64,000 bases of DNA from Octopus vulgaris. Taxonomy: Eukaryota. Position 1 is the stretch's first letter, and each line of letters begins with the position of its first letter. The stretch is taken from contig OX597815.1 in assembly GCA_951406725.2 (NCBI GenBank), forward strand, positions 161,386,001 through 161,450,000, in the 5' to 3' direction. The notes under the pieces are model-generated. The model did no database searches, was not told where the DNA came from, and was given only the letters and a program-made list of their open reading frames with translations. Below, piece by piece: positions 39,421-53,139 of this stretch. Both the position numbers and the translations under genes were made by a program.

Positions 39421-42121
39421 CCTTTTTAAATGAAGTGTATTATATAATTGCCATTAGTGTATTGATAAATAAAATAACACATACAACTTGCTCATTATTG
39501 TCATATAATAAGTGAACACAAGTTCATGTATGAAATTTATCTTTTTTCTACTTCAATTATTACATGTTTTCTTTAGAAAATACACACATACAGGAAAAGT
39601 ATCAAGATTGGAGCCTGGTGCAGCCATCTGGTTCGCCAGCCCTCAATCAAAATCGTCCAACCCATGCTAGCATGGAAAGCAGACGTTAAACGATGATGAT
39701 AATGATGATGATGATGATGATAATTAAACTTTGAATGTGGATCCTCAGAAAGAGTAAAAGTAATTACCCGATCAACAATGTGTATTACTGCTATGGGTGT
39801 AAGCGCGTCTGCATCTGCATGTATGTATGTGCAGGTGTATGTATGGGTATATGTATGTGCACACATATGCATTTACAGATGTGTGTGAGCATGCATGTAT
39901 ATATATGTATGTGTATGCATATGTATATAGGTGTATATATATGTGTGTGTGTACATGTATGTATGCACATGTACACATGTATATGTATGTGTGTGCACGT
40001 ACATATGTCACTATACCTTCATTCCTCCTCCCTGATTCCTACCTATCACACTAACCTATCACACATCCATTTATAAAAATTGTACCTCCTTGTATTCTTC
40101 CCTCCACTTAAAATTTTACTACTAAAACTACTAGTCACTTTGGTATCACCCCACCCATACCTTTTCTCTACCCATCCCTTAATGCAGCTCTATCATATCA
40201 CCCCTACTCACATATCTTACACTTATTCACTTCTTACCTTCTCATCTCTTCCTATCCCTCCCCCACTCTTATCCCATCCTCCCCTCACATTATCTTGACC
40301 ACCAACTTACACTCCTTTTCTCACTTCTTTCCCCCTTCAAATATATTTTATTTCAACAGAATCTGTATACTGCCCTCCTCTGACAAAATAAAGCAAGTTG
40401 AAGAAAAAAAACTAAGAGAAGAACATTAACCTAATTTTCTCGATTTACTTTGGTGTCGTAGATTGCTGTCTAATGGAAAGTTGAGAATCATTTTCTAAGA
40501 TCATGTCTCTAGTATGTATAAGGCATAGTCCATGGAACTCATAAATCTATTCTATAACAAGTGGACTTGCTGTGTTTTATCAGAGGAAGACATACAGGCT
40601 TGATGGGTAAACAAGAGGGCTCCTATGTGATTGCTTCAACAGCAAGAAACAGCAGACAAAAACTCCTCAAAATCACAGCTTACTCTCTTAGAAAAACTCT
40701 CTTAGAAAAATGGACAGATTGAACAATATAGCTTCTACAAAGAAAAAGACAGGATGTTCAAATCACACCCTACCATAACATTTAGACACAGCAAAATTTG
40801 TTTCAACACACGAATTCACAGATCCAAAAGCAAAGTAAAATAACATTGAGACAACCAGATAACCACTACACAGTTAAATAGCAACCAAATTTCCCTCAAA
40901 AAAAAAAGAAGAAAGAAAAAAGGATGGATTCATATGACTATGAAATCTCAGATTTTGAAAAGGATGAGTAATCACAGCTGAAATACTTTTAAATATAGGT
41001 AACTTAATCAGAACTGATCCAGGATGAAGCAATAACAGGTAAGACACATTGGCTTCTGTAGTCCAGCTACTCTCATCATTTAACGTCTACATTGCCATGC
41101 TTGCCTGGGTCAGACAAAATTTATTGTAACAGGTTTTTCCATGGAGAAATGACCTCCTTCTCACCAATCCTCTATTGTTTCAAAGCAAATTAATATTTCC
41201 ACTAGTCTATCGAATGTAACCAGTACAATGGCCAGATATGTTCCCACAGAAGATTGCAAATGAATGACCTTGCCTGTATGATGGCAATGTTTGTTTACAA
41301 TTAGCATACAATACAAACAAGGAAACATAACATAAATACTCACACACACACACACATGCACACACAATCTACCAAATCTGCTCACATGGCTTAGGTTGGC
41401 CTAACACTAAAGAAGACACTTGGTCTTAGTGCCATGCAATGGGACTGAACCTGAAATCAAGTGACTACAAAACAAGCTTCTTAGTCCCACACTTATATTT
41501 ATGACTGATAAGAAAGACAAGTAAGTAAATGGTTTTTATCATAGATTCACTTTATCAGGGATGACCTAGTAAGGTAAATAAAACAGATATAAAAACAAGA
41601 AAACATATCGTTGCTATTATGCAAAAGTGTTGTAAGTCCAAAACATTGCTTTTTCAGAAAACGAAAAAATAGTTTCACCATTCTATAGCAAAACCGTTGT
41701 ACAAAACTTTGACAACTTTTAGTATCTTGGTATCTGAAGCAGCTGGAGAAACAATAGTTTGACCAAAAGAACCAGCTATTGCAAGTAAAAATAAATATTG
41801 AAAAAAAAATGCATTTGGCTAAATTTGGACATACGACAGTTTAACATAATAGCAATAATAAATGAAAGTAAAATTAATAGAAAAATTAGGAAATAGCTAT
41901 TGATGGAAGAAGGAAAACATATAAATATAAATATCTAAGGATAAAAGGTAAAAGAAAACAGAGTTGAAGTAGAATATAACCATTATTTTAAAAAGAATTA
42001 AAAAGCATATTAACCCTTAAGAAATCATATCACTCTGTCAAAAGTAATGCTTATTCACTTACTGTACATGGTTTTGAATTAATTGGGCATTATCACATAG
42101 CTTTGAAATTTTGATGATATA

Positions 42122-42346
42122 TTGGGTTGTCTGGAAAGTTTGTGCCGATTTATAGTAGCTTACCTTTCGACTTATCATCCCAGGCACCTCAATTCTGGGA
42201 AGAGGGTATTCTCAAGTTAAAGGAAAGATGGAGACGCATTGTGCAACAAAATGGCGTATATTTGGTTGATTAAAAATGTAATGGCAAGTATTTATTGACC
42301 TTTTTCTTTCCTTCAAAAATTGGCACAAACTTTCCGGACAACCTAA
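42122..42346 (+). mobile_element. mariner-derived MITE
   Basis: 30-bp terminal inverted repeats (TIRs; TTGGGTTGTCTGGAAAGTTTGTGCCGATTT, 3 mismatches), TA at both flanks, internal transposase end ERWRRIVQQNGVYLVD*. Confidence 0.9.
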
Positions 42347-42666
42347 TATTTGTATGACATTGTAGAGTTTCTGTGAGAGGCTGTATCTGGCCAATTTGAA
42401 CATAATACAGGTAGGATATGTGAGCTAGAATGGCTTGTTTAAAAGATAATTGATTAAGATAAAGATGGAGGATTAAGAGCTAAAAGGGGCAACTAGAAAA
42501 GAAATTTATATTAAGGTATGAAAAGAGAAAAAGCCAAAGGAGAAGAGGTATGAATGTAAGAAAAAATAGATATAATAAGAGGGGTAAGAAAACAATTTAG
42601 ATAGTAACAAGAATAAAAGAGATATGAAAGCAAGCTTGTGAAGATGTAAATGTAAGGTTTTAAAAA

Positions 42667-43795
42667 TCTCTCTCTATATAAACGGCAGTTTGTCTGTCTG
42701 TGTGTCTGTCAGGTTGTACCCTCACCCTGACCACGGCTTTCAACCGATTCTAATGAAACTTGACACACACATAGCCCAATGTCATAATTCAAAACTAACG
42801 CAGCGAAAATTTTGAAAAGTTTCCCCAGTTCTGAAAAAAATTGATAAATTCGACCTGGAGTCGAGAATCTAAGCTTTTTATATGCGACACATTTTCTGTA
42901 GTTTTCGCAACTTGCTATCGATTTTAACCAAACTCATGGTGAAGCTTAATGTTACCCTAAGTAACTTAATTCTGACGTTAGTTTTCCATGCAATACCTTA
43001 CCATCAGAAAATATCGATAAAATCATGCCATTTTGGGAAATCGCGTTCAAATTCAAGATGACATATTTTCGACAATATCTTTCACAAATTGGCAGGAATT
43101 TTTTTTGAATTCACAGCAAGCATCATGTCTGCTCCAACGAGCTATATGGCCCTTTTTATTCTAATAGGATACTTTATTACTGGAAAAAATCGGTTAATTA
43201 AATCATATGTGGCACACATAGCAAACCGATTTGTGTATTAAACACAAACCACAGACTGTCTAGGGGACGCAACTCGACCTTTTTAACTCTCGGAACACGT
43301 GGGGTAAGTATCCCAAAATGTACAAAAACGGCAAAATAGCGGGCAGCAATATGAGTGACAACAATGAAAAAGTCAAAAGTGACCAAACTGAACAAACGAA
43401 TGGAAAAGGTTTTTTGGTGCACACGACAAAAGTGGTTTATAATAAACCAAGAGTTTGCAAGTAGCGTCCGAGGACCCTTAGGGTACGTCAAAAATTTAAG
43501 GTAAAACGTTTGGGGTGGTAGTTATAAAGAAAGTTTAAACAAAAAAAGTATTCGAATAACTTGCGGCTGCAGCAGCTATTAGCAGAAGAGTAAAGTCTCG
43601 AATGTAATTTCTTCCTGGTAGGAATAGGTTGGGTTGAATTATCAATAGCTGATTGATAGTTATTTAGGAGTGAAGAGAAGACATTGCAACCTACACATGC
43701 GCCTTCGTTCCCAAGAGGGAAAGGACTAGATTGGGATTAGTCGTTGCCTACTAGGGGCTCTTACATACCCGGGCAACGCCGGGCTATGCTGCTAG
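42667..43795 (+). mobile_element. Non-autonomous Helitron, structurally complete
   Basis: A|TC start, (GTCT)n, 3' hairpin CCCGGGCAACGCCGGG (43768-43783), CTAG|T end, no TSD. Confidence 0.9.
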
Positions 43796-45367
43796 TAGCA
43801 TATAAAAGACAAGTTTAAGAAAAGATATAAAAATATAAATCATTAAGACAACTTGAAGATGGATGAAGCAGATGCAAAACAAGTTTCAGAAAAACAGATA
43901 TAAAGGCAAGGATGAGCAAAACAGATATAAAAGCCAAGCTGGGCAAAACTGATATAAAAGCAAGGCCAAGCAAAACAGATATAAATATTATGAGTCAAGC
44001 ATATAAAGTCAAAGATAAATATAACAGATATAGAAGAAGGCTTGAGATAAACATATTTTGGCGAAGCTGTGAAAAAGCATGTTAAAGTGAGGGTGAATAA
44101 AATAGATATAAAATTAAAAGGCCTGAAAGAAATATTGGTTTCAAATTTTGGTACAAGGTCAGCAATTTCAGGGGAGGGGATAAGCTGATTACATCAACCC
44201 CAGTGCTCAACTGGTACTTATTTTAGCAACCCTGAAAGGACGAAAGGCAAAGTTGAATCTGAACTCTGATGAAATGTCACCAAGCATTTTGCCCAGCATA
44301 GTAACAGTTCTTCCAGTTCACCATCTTTCGATAGAGAAATATTAGAAAAGCATGAAAGAAAGGAATAAAATTTAAAATAAAGAAATAGAAAGAAAGCAAA
44401 CACGAACCTTTTGAATGTTAAATTTATAAAATGAAAACTAACATATTCCAGTGATCAGCTTATGTATAACATGTATATGCTGTATACAGAATGTTGTTAC
44501 CAAAATAGAATTACTATGGTAACTCAGAGTCTCAGTGATGCTGAATGGCTGTGTGATGTAACGAGTTACATAGATATTAGCAGATAGCAGATACTTTCAC
44601 TTCATTTCCAATATCTGAAATTAGAAGTATTTTTCAACCCTGGCTATTTTATGATCCTGTCTTGTATTGCATGTTTTAGAAACCTTGGTAACAGAGAACA
44701 GTTTATTGATTTAATTCATTTAATCAAATTAAAAAACAAAACCTGAGACAGTTAATGCATTTGAAATGCCATTACTGGCTCTAATCAATAAGACAACAGA
44801 TTACTTACTGACCAGTGGCTGACCTTGTTCAACTTCTACTTTGAGTCTTACTCTCACAAAATTGACCTTTCAGTGAGTCGTTCATGACAATGATGTTGCT
44901 TAACCCTAGGTCAATTGTAACTGAACAAAACTAATGATCAAAAGCAATTCAGCTAGAACCACACCATTCTTTTAGAGCTTTCTTAGACTACATTACTCAA
45001 TGTGTTTCTATTCTTCCTTTCTTTTCTTTTTTTCTAGCATGAAATTAAGTCACTGAAAATAAGTCCCACAAAATCACCGTTTCAATAATTCAATGATGCT
45101 GTTTAGCCGTAGGTCAATCGTGATTGAACAAACCTTCAATCAAAAACAGTTCAACCATTACTTTCTGAGCTCTCATAGAACATATTATTCAATATGTCCT
45201 TTCTTTTTTTCTTGCTATTTCAAGCCCCCAAGTTAACAATCCTTGCCAAAATAATAGACTTATGATCAAAAATATTCTACACATGAGAAATCTATCTTTT
45301 TCTTTTCAGGGACTAGACTGTTCAATATGTACCTGCTCCTTCTAGGTGTATATCTTTGTATATCTAA

Positions 45368-45484
45368 ACTTAAACGTGGATGTTCTATTAGAACAAGCTA
45401 CACTGCAGCAGTTACCACATGAGAGTTTCCCTTGTGGTAACTACTTCAGTATAGTTTGTTCTAACAGGACATCCATGCTCAAGT
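45368..45484. repeat. Fold-back hairpin (43-bp core arms, 13-nt loop)
   Basis: 45377-45419 and 45433-45475 are reverse complementary with 6 mismatches. Confidence 0.85.
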
Positions 45485-45559
45485 GGGAATAAATATTACC
45501 TCTCAGTATCATTACTGCCTCTATCACTAATAAATATATGTTTGTATATCTAGACTTAT

Positions 45560-45879
45560 GTGGAGGTGCAATGGCCCAGTGGTTAGGACTGTAGACTTGC
45601 GGTCAGAGGATTGCGGTTTCAATTCCCAGACTGGGATTTGTGTGTATTTATTGAGCAAAAACACCTAAAGCTCCACAAGGCTCCGGCAGGAAGGGGGGGG
45701 ACCCCTGTTGTACTCTTTTGCCCCAACTTTCTCTCACTCTTTCTTCTTGTTTCTTGAGTAACGCTGTGATGGACTGGCGTCCCGTCCAGCTGGGGGGAAA
45801 GACATATGCCAAAGAAACCGGGAAACTGGGCCCATGAGCCTGGCTAGGCTTGTAAAGGGGGCATAAATAAATAAATAAA
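45560..45879 (+). mobile_element. CORE-like tRNA-derived SINE with a (TAAA)n tail
   Basis: TGGCCCAGTGGTTAGG head; TSD ATATCTAGACTTAT (45546-45559 and 45880-45893); homologous to 53978-54295. Confidence 0.9.
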
Positions 45880-46326
45880 ATATCTAGACTTATATCATCC
45901 AATGTATTTTTCCATTGGATAATACAAGATTGGATTTAGTTATTTCTAACTGCGAATGCATAGAGTTCCCTCATTGGTTTGTAAACCATTTTTTTTTTGT
46001 CTTGCAAGTACTTAGTGGTCCTGTCAGTGCAGGTGCCACTTAAAAGTACTCAGTCCACACTGTAAAGTGGTTGGTGTTTGGAGGGGCATCCAGCTGTAAA
46101 AACCTTGTCACAACTGACCTTGCCAGTGCTTGTGCCATGTAAAACCACTAAGTCTACTCTGCTGGCGTTAGGAAAGGCATTCAGCTGTAAAAATCTTACC
46201 AAAACAGCCACAGAAGTCTGGTGCAGGCTTCGGTCTGGCCAGCTCTGGTGGTACTGTCCGGCGTGCTAACGTTTCTGCCAGCTCGCCGCCTTAGCAATTC
46301 TACCAGCTTGCTACCTTAATAATAAC

Positions 46327-46327
<1 letters not shown>

Positions 46328-46397
<70 letters not shown>

Positions 46398-46437
46398 CAG
46401 CAGCAGCAGCAGCAGCAGCAGCAGCTGCAGCAGCAGT
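46328..46437. repeat. (TAG)n-(CAG)n trinucleotide tract
   Basis: Direct reading. Confidence 0.95.
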
Positions 46438-47736
46438 GGTGATGGCAGTGGTAGAGTTTCATCTGTTAACTGAAAATGAACCAGAAACAGTCAGTACAAC
46501 AATTTAAAACAAAAGAATTTAATTCTGTTTTCCAAACTTTGAGAGAAAAAGTCAGAAGTTATAAATAATTTACTCTGTTATCATTGTTGTTGCAGCATAT
46601 GGTGTTATGCGTTGTTAAATTCTCAGTGAATTGAATTTTAATTGCAGTTTTGATCCACTTCCCCTTGTCTCAGCAACAGTATTATTAATAAGAATGTATG
46701 AACATAACATCTTCCTGTTTTCACTTCACTGTTTAAAGAAATAAGTGAAGCAAAACTAATTTCATTATAATTACTAATATAATTTGCCTTACCTGTTGCC
46801 AATAACATTTTGTTTTACTTGCAGGCATTTCAGTGTGTCTGCACTTACTTACTTCATCTAATTTAGTATTTGTATTTGAGTATTTCTAATTTAGTATTTG
46901 CAGATTAGTTTGGATAACCTAAACCTAAACCTATGTCTCTCTCTTTGATTTTTCTTATCTTTGGCTGGACTCCACTCAACACTTGAATGTTGACATTTTC
47001 ATTGAACATATTATCATCATCATCAACATGTAACAACCGTTTTCTATGCTAGCATGGGTTGGATGGCTGGACAGAAATGGGCAAGACCAGGGGTCACACC
47101 ATGTTCCATAGTCTATTTTGGCTTGGTCTCTATGGCTGGATGCCCTTCTAATGCCAACCACCTTACAGAGCACACCAGGTGCTTTCTACCTGATACCACC
47201 ACCAGTGCTTTTTACAGGACACCAGAACCAGTGCTTAATACACAGCACCAAAGCCAGTGCTTTTTATGTGACACCAGAACCCACACCAATACGTTTTACA
47301 TGGCACCTTGGTTTTAGGATCTCACTTCTGTTGTGGAGGGTGAGTCTTCTTGAGGACAGCAATGTGCCACATATCTTGGTTCTCTGTCATCTTCTTCATA
47401 AAGCTCAGTGTTTTGAGATTTGTCTTGCAAAATTCTGCCTGGTAAAGTGAACATCGCTCATTCTTTATATGGAAAATTGCAATGGTTGATAGGAAAAAGT
47501 TTTAGCTTCTTGAAACATTTTAAGTTCCTGTTTTATCATTGGTTCAGGGTTGTACTTTCAGTGAAACAGTGAACACTCCTCATCACTTTTAGTTAACAGT
47601 GGGGCAAGTAAGAGAAAAAAAAAACATAACTTCACGATGAACAAATTCCTATCAAGTAGCAATTTAGTAATTCCTTTCAGGAACAGTGAATCTCAAAGCA
47701 TACAAAAAGCTATAAACAACAGCATGTAAATATTGG

Positions 47737-47945
47737 CTTTCAAATTTTGGCACAAGGCCAGCAATTTCAAGAGAAGGGGTAAATCAATAGCATAGATCCC
47801 CAGTGCTCAACTAGTACTTATTTTATTGATCTCACAAGGATAGAAGGCAAAGTTGACCTCAGTGGAATTTGAACCCAGAAATATAAAGTCAGAAAAAATC
47901 CCACTAAGCATTCTATACAGTGTGCAAATTATTCTACCAACTTAT
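47737..47945 (-). mobile_element. SINE family A with TSD
   Basis: AGCATGTAAATATTGG at 47721-47736 and 47946-47961. Confidence 0.8.
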
Positions 47946-48118
47946 AGCATGTAAATATTGGGTTGAAAAACACTTTAGGATTAAAAAAAAATTGAATGTT
48001 TTTAAGTTTCTAAAATAGAGAAATCCAAAGGATTGCTTAGGTCATATCAACAAATGCGGGTTTCTGTACTACAGGCAACCTTCAGCTTTCTCTAGCCAAA
48101 AAAAAGTTTTAACCCAAT

Positions 48119-48151
<33 letters not shown>

Positions 48152-48644
48152 TTTTATTGTCCATTTTTCCTGCTAGCATGGGTTGGATGATTTGACCATA
48201 GCTGGCATATAGAACTTCACCAAGTTCCAGTCTGATTTGGCTTGGTTTCTATGATAGGATGTTCTTCCTAATGCCAACCACTTTATAGTGTGTGCTGGTG
48301 CTTTTAACATGGCACCAGCATGAGCACTTCTACGTGACACTGACATGAGTGCCTTTCACGTGGCACCAACACAGGATTCTTACAGATCAATCCTTTCCAT
48401 CAGGGGATGTGGCTTTACTATTTATAGTTTTATGTAATATGCTTTGTGATTCACTGTCCAAAAAACGAATTATATCACATTCTTTCAAAAGTTTATAACA
48501 TTTTCAGGATGTCAACAAAATAATTTAGCATTTTTACCATGTTACTATCAAATTCTAAAAGACAAATTATTAGTTTATCCATACTAAACATTTTGTTTTT
48601 GGATTTGGTTTGCAAGATTCTTTATATGAGTTCGTGTGTTGAAC

Positions 48645-48877
48645 ATATTCTGTTGTGTCTGGGGAGAGTCATTTTCTTTTTGTGCCTTATAATGTAATGC
48701 ACTCACCAGTAAAATTTCCACTTATTTCTTATAGAGTTAAGACTATTGAAAAGGTTGCAAGATGCAATAAAAATTTTAGGAAAGTAGAAATAAGAAATAA
48801 GTGGAAATTTTACCGGTGAGTGTGTTACATTATAAGGCACAAAAAGAAAATTACTCTCCCCAGACACAACAGAATAT
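48645..48877. repeat. Inverted repeat, 88-bp arms with a 57-bp spacer
   Basis: 48645-48732 versus 48790-48877, 4 mismatches. Confidence 0.9.
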
Positions 48878-48914
48878 ACTAAATATGATTTTCTTAATCT
48901 TTTTTCTTTTGTTT

Positions 48915-49430
48915 GCATGTGTATGGAAGAGGGCTGCAGCATAAAGAAGTACAGAGCTCTAATTGTGGAAGGTACCTGTGAAAGGTGTAGACCCAGGAAG
49001 ACAAAGGACAAAGTGATAAGAAAGGATCATCAGATACTGGGCCTCACTAAGGAAAGGACAAGTGACTGGAATATGTGATAATTCACTATACTGGATAAGA
49101 CACATCAAGTTAAGTAAAATCACTGTCTACCACATCGACCCATACAGGTTTGTCTTTTCAGGTGCTGGTGCCACTTAAAAAGGAACCTGCGCTGGTGCTG
49201 CATTAATGCACCCATGCCTGTGCTGCACAAATGCACCCATGCTGGTGGTGTGTAAAAAGCACCCAGCACACTCTGTTAATTGGCAGGCTTTAGGAAGGGT
49301 ATCGGCATGTAGAAATGAAGCCAAATCAGTTTGGAGTCTGGTGCAGCTCTCCTGCTTGCCAGCTCTGGTCCCACCATCCAACCCATGCCAGCATGGAGAG
49401 CAGATGTTAAACAAGGATGATGATGATGAG
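48915..49430 (+). mobile_element. RTE 3' end: ORF tail, 3' UTR and (GAT)n
   Basis: IKKYRALIVEGTCERCRPRKT..KVIRKD, continuing into the family C tail CCCATGCCAGCATGG..GTTAAA..GATGATGATG. Confidence 0.7.
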
Positions 49431-49515
49431 AAGAAGAAGAATTGGACTGCAACCATGTCAGGGCACTGCCTTAAAGGGTTTAATCCAACAAATCAGCCCT
49501 GGTACCCCAGGACCT

Positions 49516-50945
49516 CATCATCATCATCATCCAGTGTTTTAAATCCGGTATTTGTCCCCATTAATGGGATGGCTGGATCTACCTCAATGCTATAGCAACC
49601 ACCCTCACACCATCTCGCCATCTTGCCTGGTTTTGGAAGTCCTCCCTTCTCAAGCCAACCATCCCAATCTCTTCCTCCATCTATCCCCTCCATGTTTTCC
49701 TTGGTCTACCTCACTTTCATGGTTCATTTACCTCAAACTCAAGCACCCTCCTCAGAACATGCTCCTCTTCCTTCCTCAACACAGGCCCATACCACGGCAC
49801 TCTATTTGTGCTTGCTAGCTCTTCCACCGATTCCTCCAACCCCAGCATCCCCATCAAGTCCTCAGTCCTCCTCTTATTAAACAGCTTCACACTACACATT
49901 TCTCTCACCATTGCTCTTTTGGTCCTTTTCATAATTGCCATCTCTTTCTCCCTCAGACATCATGTCTCATTCCCATACAGCATTGCAGCTCTCACACAAG
50001 TCCTATAGATCCTTCCTTTCATCTTCAAAGAGAACCTTTTCCCATATAACAACACTCCACATTCCTTGAACTTCACCCAACCAAGTCTCACTCTTGCTGT
50101 GACATATGCTTCACATCCACCACTTACATCCACCCTATCTTCCAAATAACAACATGTCCATATTTTTAAAATGACATTAAATGTCTATTAAAATCGCCCA
50201 TTGAATGTCCATTAAAATCGCCCATGCCCCAAACCAATTCATCGACCTTATGTAAATTGCACTCATTCGCCAATTTCATCAAAAAACCGCTCTTTCTCAA
50301 TGATCCCCCTTCCATTTTGTGGACGATACCCACAAATCACCCTCGCCACTTCTTCCAGAAATGCTAACACCACTGTCATCACTCTGTCACTCTTTCTTCT
50401 GACCTCCACCACCTTCTCACAGATTTCATCCTTCACTTAAACTCTCACACCTCCAGTCCCTTTGCTATTTCCTGACCACCACAACTTGTACCTTCTTCCC
50501 TTGACCCCCACAAATCTTGCACCCTGGCCCCTCCACCTAACCTCCTGCACACAACACACATCCACCCACCTCTTCCTCAATTCATCACACACCTCAGTTC
50601 CCCTGCCACGCAAAGTGGCCACATTTCAACTTTCCAACCTCACCCCAAGCTTCTCAGGCTGTCAGTTATCATAAGGCAAGTCGTGCTCGCACAACCCAGG
50701 ATAAAGGTTTGCACTTTTCTTTTTGAGGTAGGCAGGTGTAGTACACCCCAACCTTTGGGCTGGTTGGTACCCATCCTCCTTTGCTATCAGGAGGCTTTCT
50801 CAGAGCTGGATTTTCAATGGTTTCTAGATATGAGTGGTCCTGCGACCAAGTCCTCTACCACGAAATTTAAGAAATATGGTGGAAAACTAACTCAGGAAAG
50901 CAGGGATGCAACTCCTTGAGATCCCTTTCAGAGCCCCCCATCCCA
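49516..50945 (-). mobile_element. Internally deleted RTE element nested in a family B SINE
   Basis: Apurinic-endonuclease (APE) start WNVATLRGRGTEVCDELRKRWVDVCCVQEVRW to GDFNGH, joined at about 50155 to CYLEDRVDVSGGCE..RAAMLYGNET; (GAT)n tail. Confidence 0.85.
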
Positions 50946-51869
50946 CAACCTATTCTATCAATCTCTTTGCCAAACTGCTAAATTTACAAGAACACAAACA
51001 AGCCTAATCTTGTTGTAAAGTGGCAGTGGTAGGCAACAAACACAACACACACACACACAGATACACACACATGTACTTATATACGATGGTCTTCTTTCAG
51101 TTTCCATTTACTAAATCTACTTACCAGGCTTTGCTCTTCTCAGAGCTATAGCAGAAGACACTCACCCAAGATGCTTTATAGTGGGACTGGACCTAAGACC
51201 ACATGGTAGGAAAGCAAGCTAACCACACAGCTATTCCTTCACCTGTCACTCCTGTACCTATCATGCCAGTGTTTGCAAATTCCTGCCACTCCTGCCCCTA
51301 CCACTCCTGCACCTGCCACACAGCCTTGCCTGCACCATCTTTACATAATCAGTATAAATTGTTGGTAGTGAGGGGCCTGGTTCCAGGGTTTTGAGGAGTG
51401 TGGAACAATCTCCAAACCACTACTGTTCCCAAGGCTACTCTGAACCAGAGAAGTAGCATTCATTGAGATCCTGGCTCTGGGTTAATTAGTATATTAGCGC
51501 TTATCTACCCATGCACTGGCAGACTGGATCGAGCAAACTCTACTGAAGAAACCTTCACGGTTCAACAGAAGGAAAGTCAGCTGCAGTGGAGTCACATTGT
51601 GGAGTGCAGAGAGCAAGATGAGGCAAGAAAGACAATCTGGTCATTCACTGCATCAGTCTCCAACCCTGAGTGGAGGCATGTGGCTTAGTGGTTAGGGTGT
51701 TGGACTCATGATCTTAAGATTGCGGTTTCGATTCCTGGACCAGGTGATGTGTTGTGTTCTTGAGCAAAACACTTCATTTTATGCTAACTCCAGTTCACTT
51801 AGCTGGCAAAAATGAGTAAACCTGTGAATGGCCAGCATCCCATCCAGATGGGGAAAAAAATATGCTTTT

Positions 51870-52077
51870 TTTTTGTAATTGTTTCAGCCATTTGACTATG
51901 GTCATGTTGGGGCACCACCTCGACAAACTTTTAGTTGAATAAATTGACACCCAATACTTATTTTTAAAAGTCTGGTACGTATTGTATTCTATCTATTTTT
52001 CCAAGCCACTAAGTTACAGGGATGTAAACACACAACACCAGTTGTCAGGTGATAGTGGGGCACAAGCACAAACACAT

Positions 52078-52131
<54 letters not shown>

Positions 52132-52340
52132 GTGCACGCACACACACACACACACACACATACACACACACACACACACACGCACAAAATGGGCTTCTTT
52201 CAGTTTTCGGTTCCCTAATCCACTCACAAGGCTTCAGTCAGTCTGAAGCTAGAGTAGATGACACTTGCCCATGGTGCCACACAATAAGAATGAACCCAGA
52301 ACCATGTGGTTGGGAGGCAAACTTCTTACCACGCAGCCAT
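51870..52340 (-). mobile_element. SINE family B with a long (CA)n
   Basis: Family B tail, core and head on the minus strand. Confidence 0.8.
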
Positions 52341-53139
52341 ATTCTTTTATTTTAATCCATGTACAACACATTTATGCTTAGTTCCATGGTATTTGGTATG
52401 AACAATAAAATCTACCATTTATATGTCATCAATAAAAGTAACATTTCCCAAAACTTTAAACTATTACTGGTTCTGCTTCAAGAACAATAATATGGGCCAA
52501 TATGACAGAATTTATCTATTAGTTTTGTTGGAATGTCACAAAAATACATTATTTTTAGTACAAAGCTACTTAAACAAAAAAATCTAATTACTACATATAA
52601 AGGAAATGTATGCTAAGTGCAGCTAAAATGTTAGCCTACTCTATTTAAAACATAATCTAAAGTACTATTTAAAGTAATTCAGCATTCAGATTACTCTGGC
52701 TAATGCAATGCTTATTTATTCACATTGTTTTGAATTAATTATACAATATCTCATAGCTTAAAGATTTCAATGATATGACTATATTTTTAAACTGACATAA
52801 AAGGTGAGATCTGACTAGTTTGAACCTAAATTGGGCCAGGTATGGCTGGTTTCAAACCTACCTGGTTACTCAAAACTGCCCTTACATTACACAATGCAAA
52901 TATTAAAAGTATGGGTCATATACTATCAATTGTCTACATACTGCTTTCTCAAAATTTGGTTGTGCTTATTTTCTTCCAAATTATTCTTTTCTACTCTAGG
53001 CACAAGGCCCAAAATTTCTGAGGAGGAGGCCAGTTCATGAGATCGACCCCTGTACGCAACTGGTACTTAATCTATTGACCCTGAAAGGATGAAAGGCAAA
53101 GTCGACCTCGGCGGAATTTGAACTCAGAAAGTAAAGACA

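Noticed and set aside
46916-46933. (AACCTA)3 telomere-like repeat
   Set aside because: Only three units and not the TTAGGG motif.
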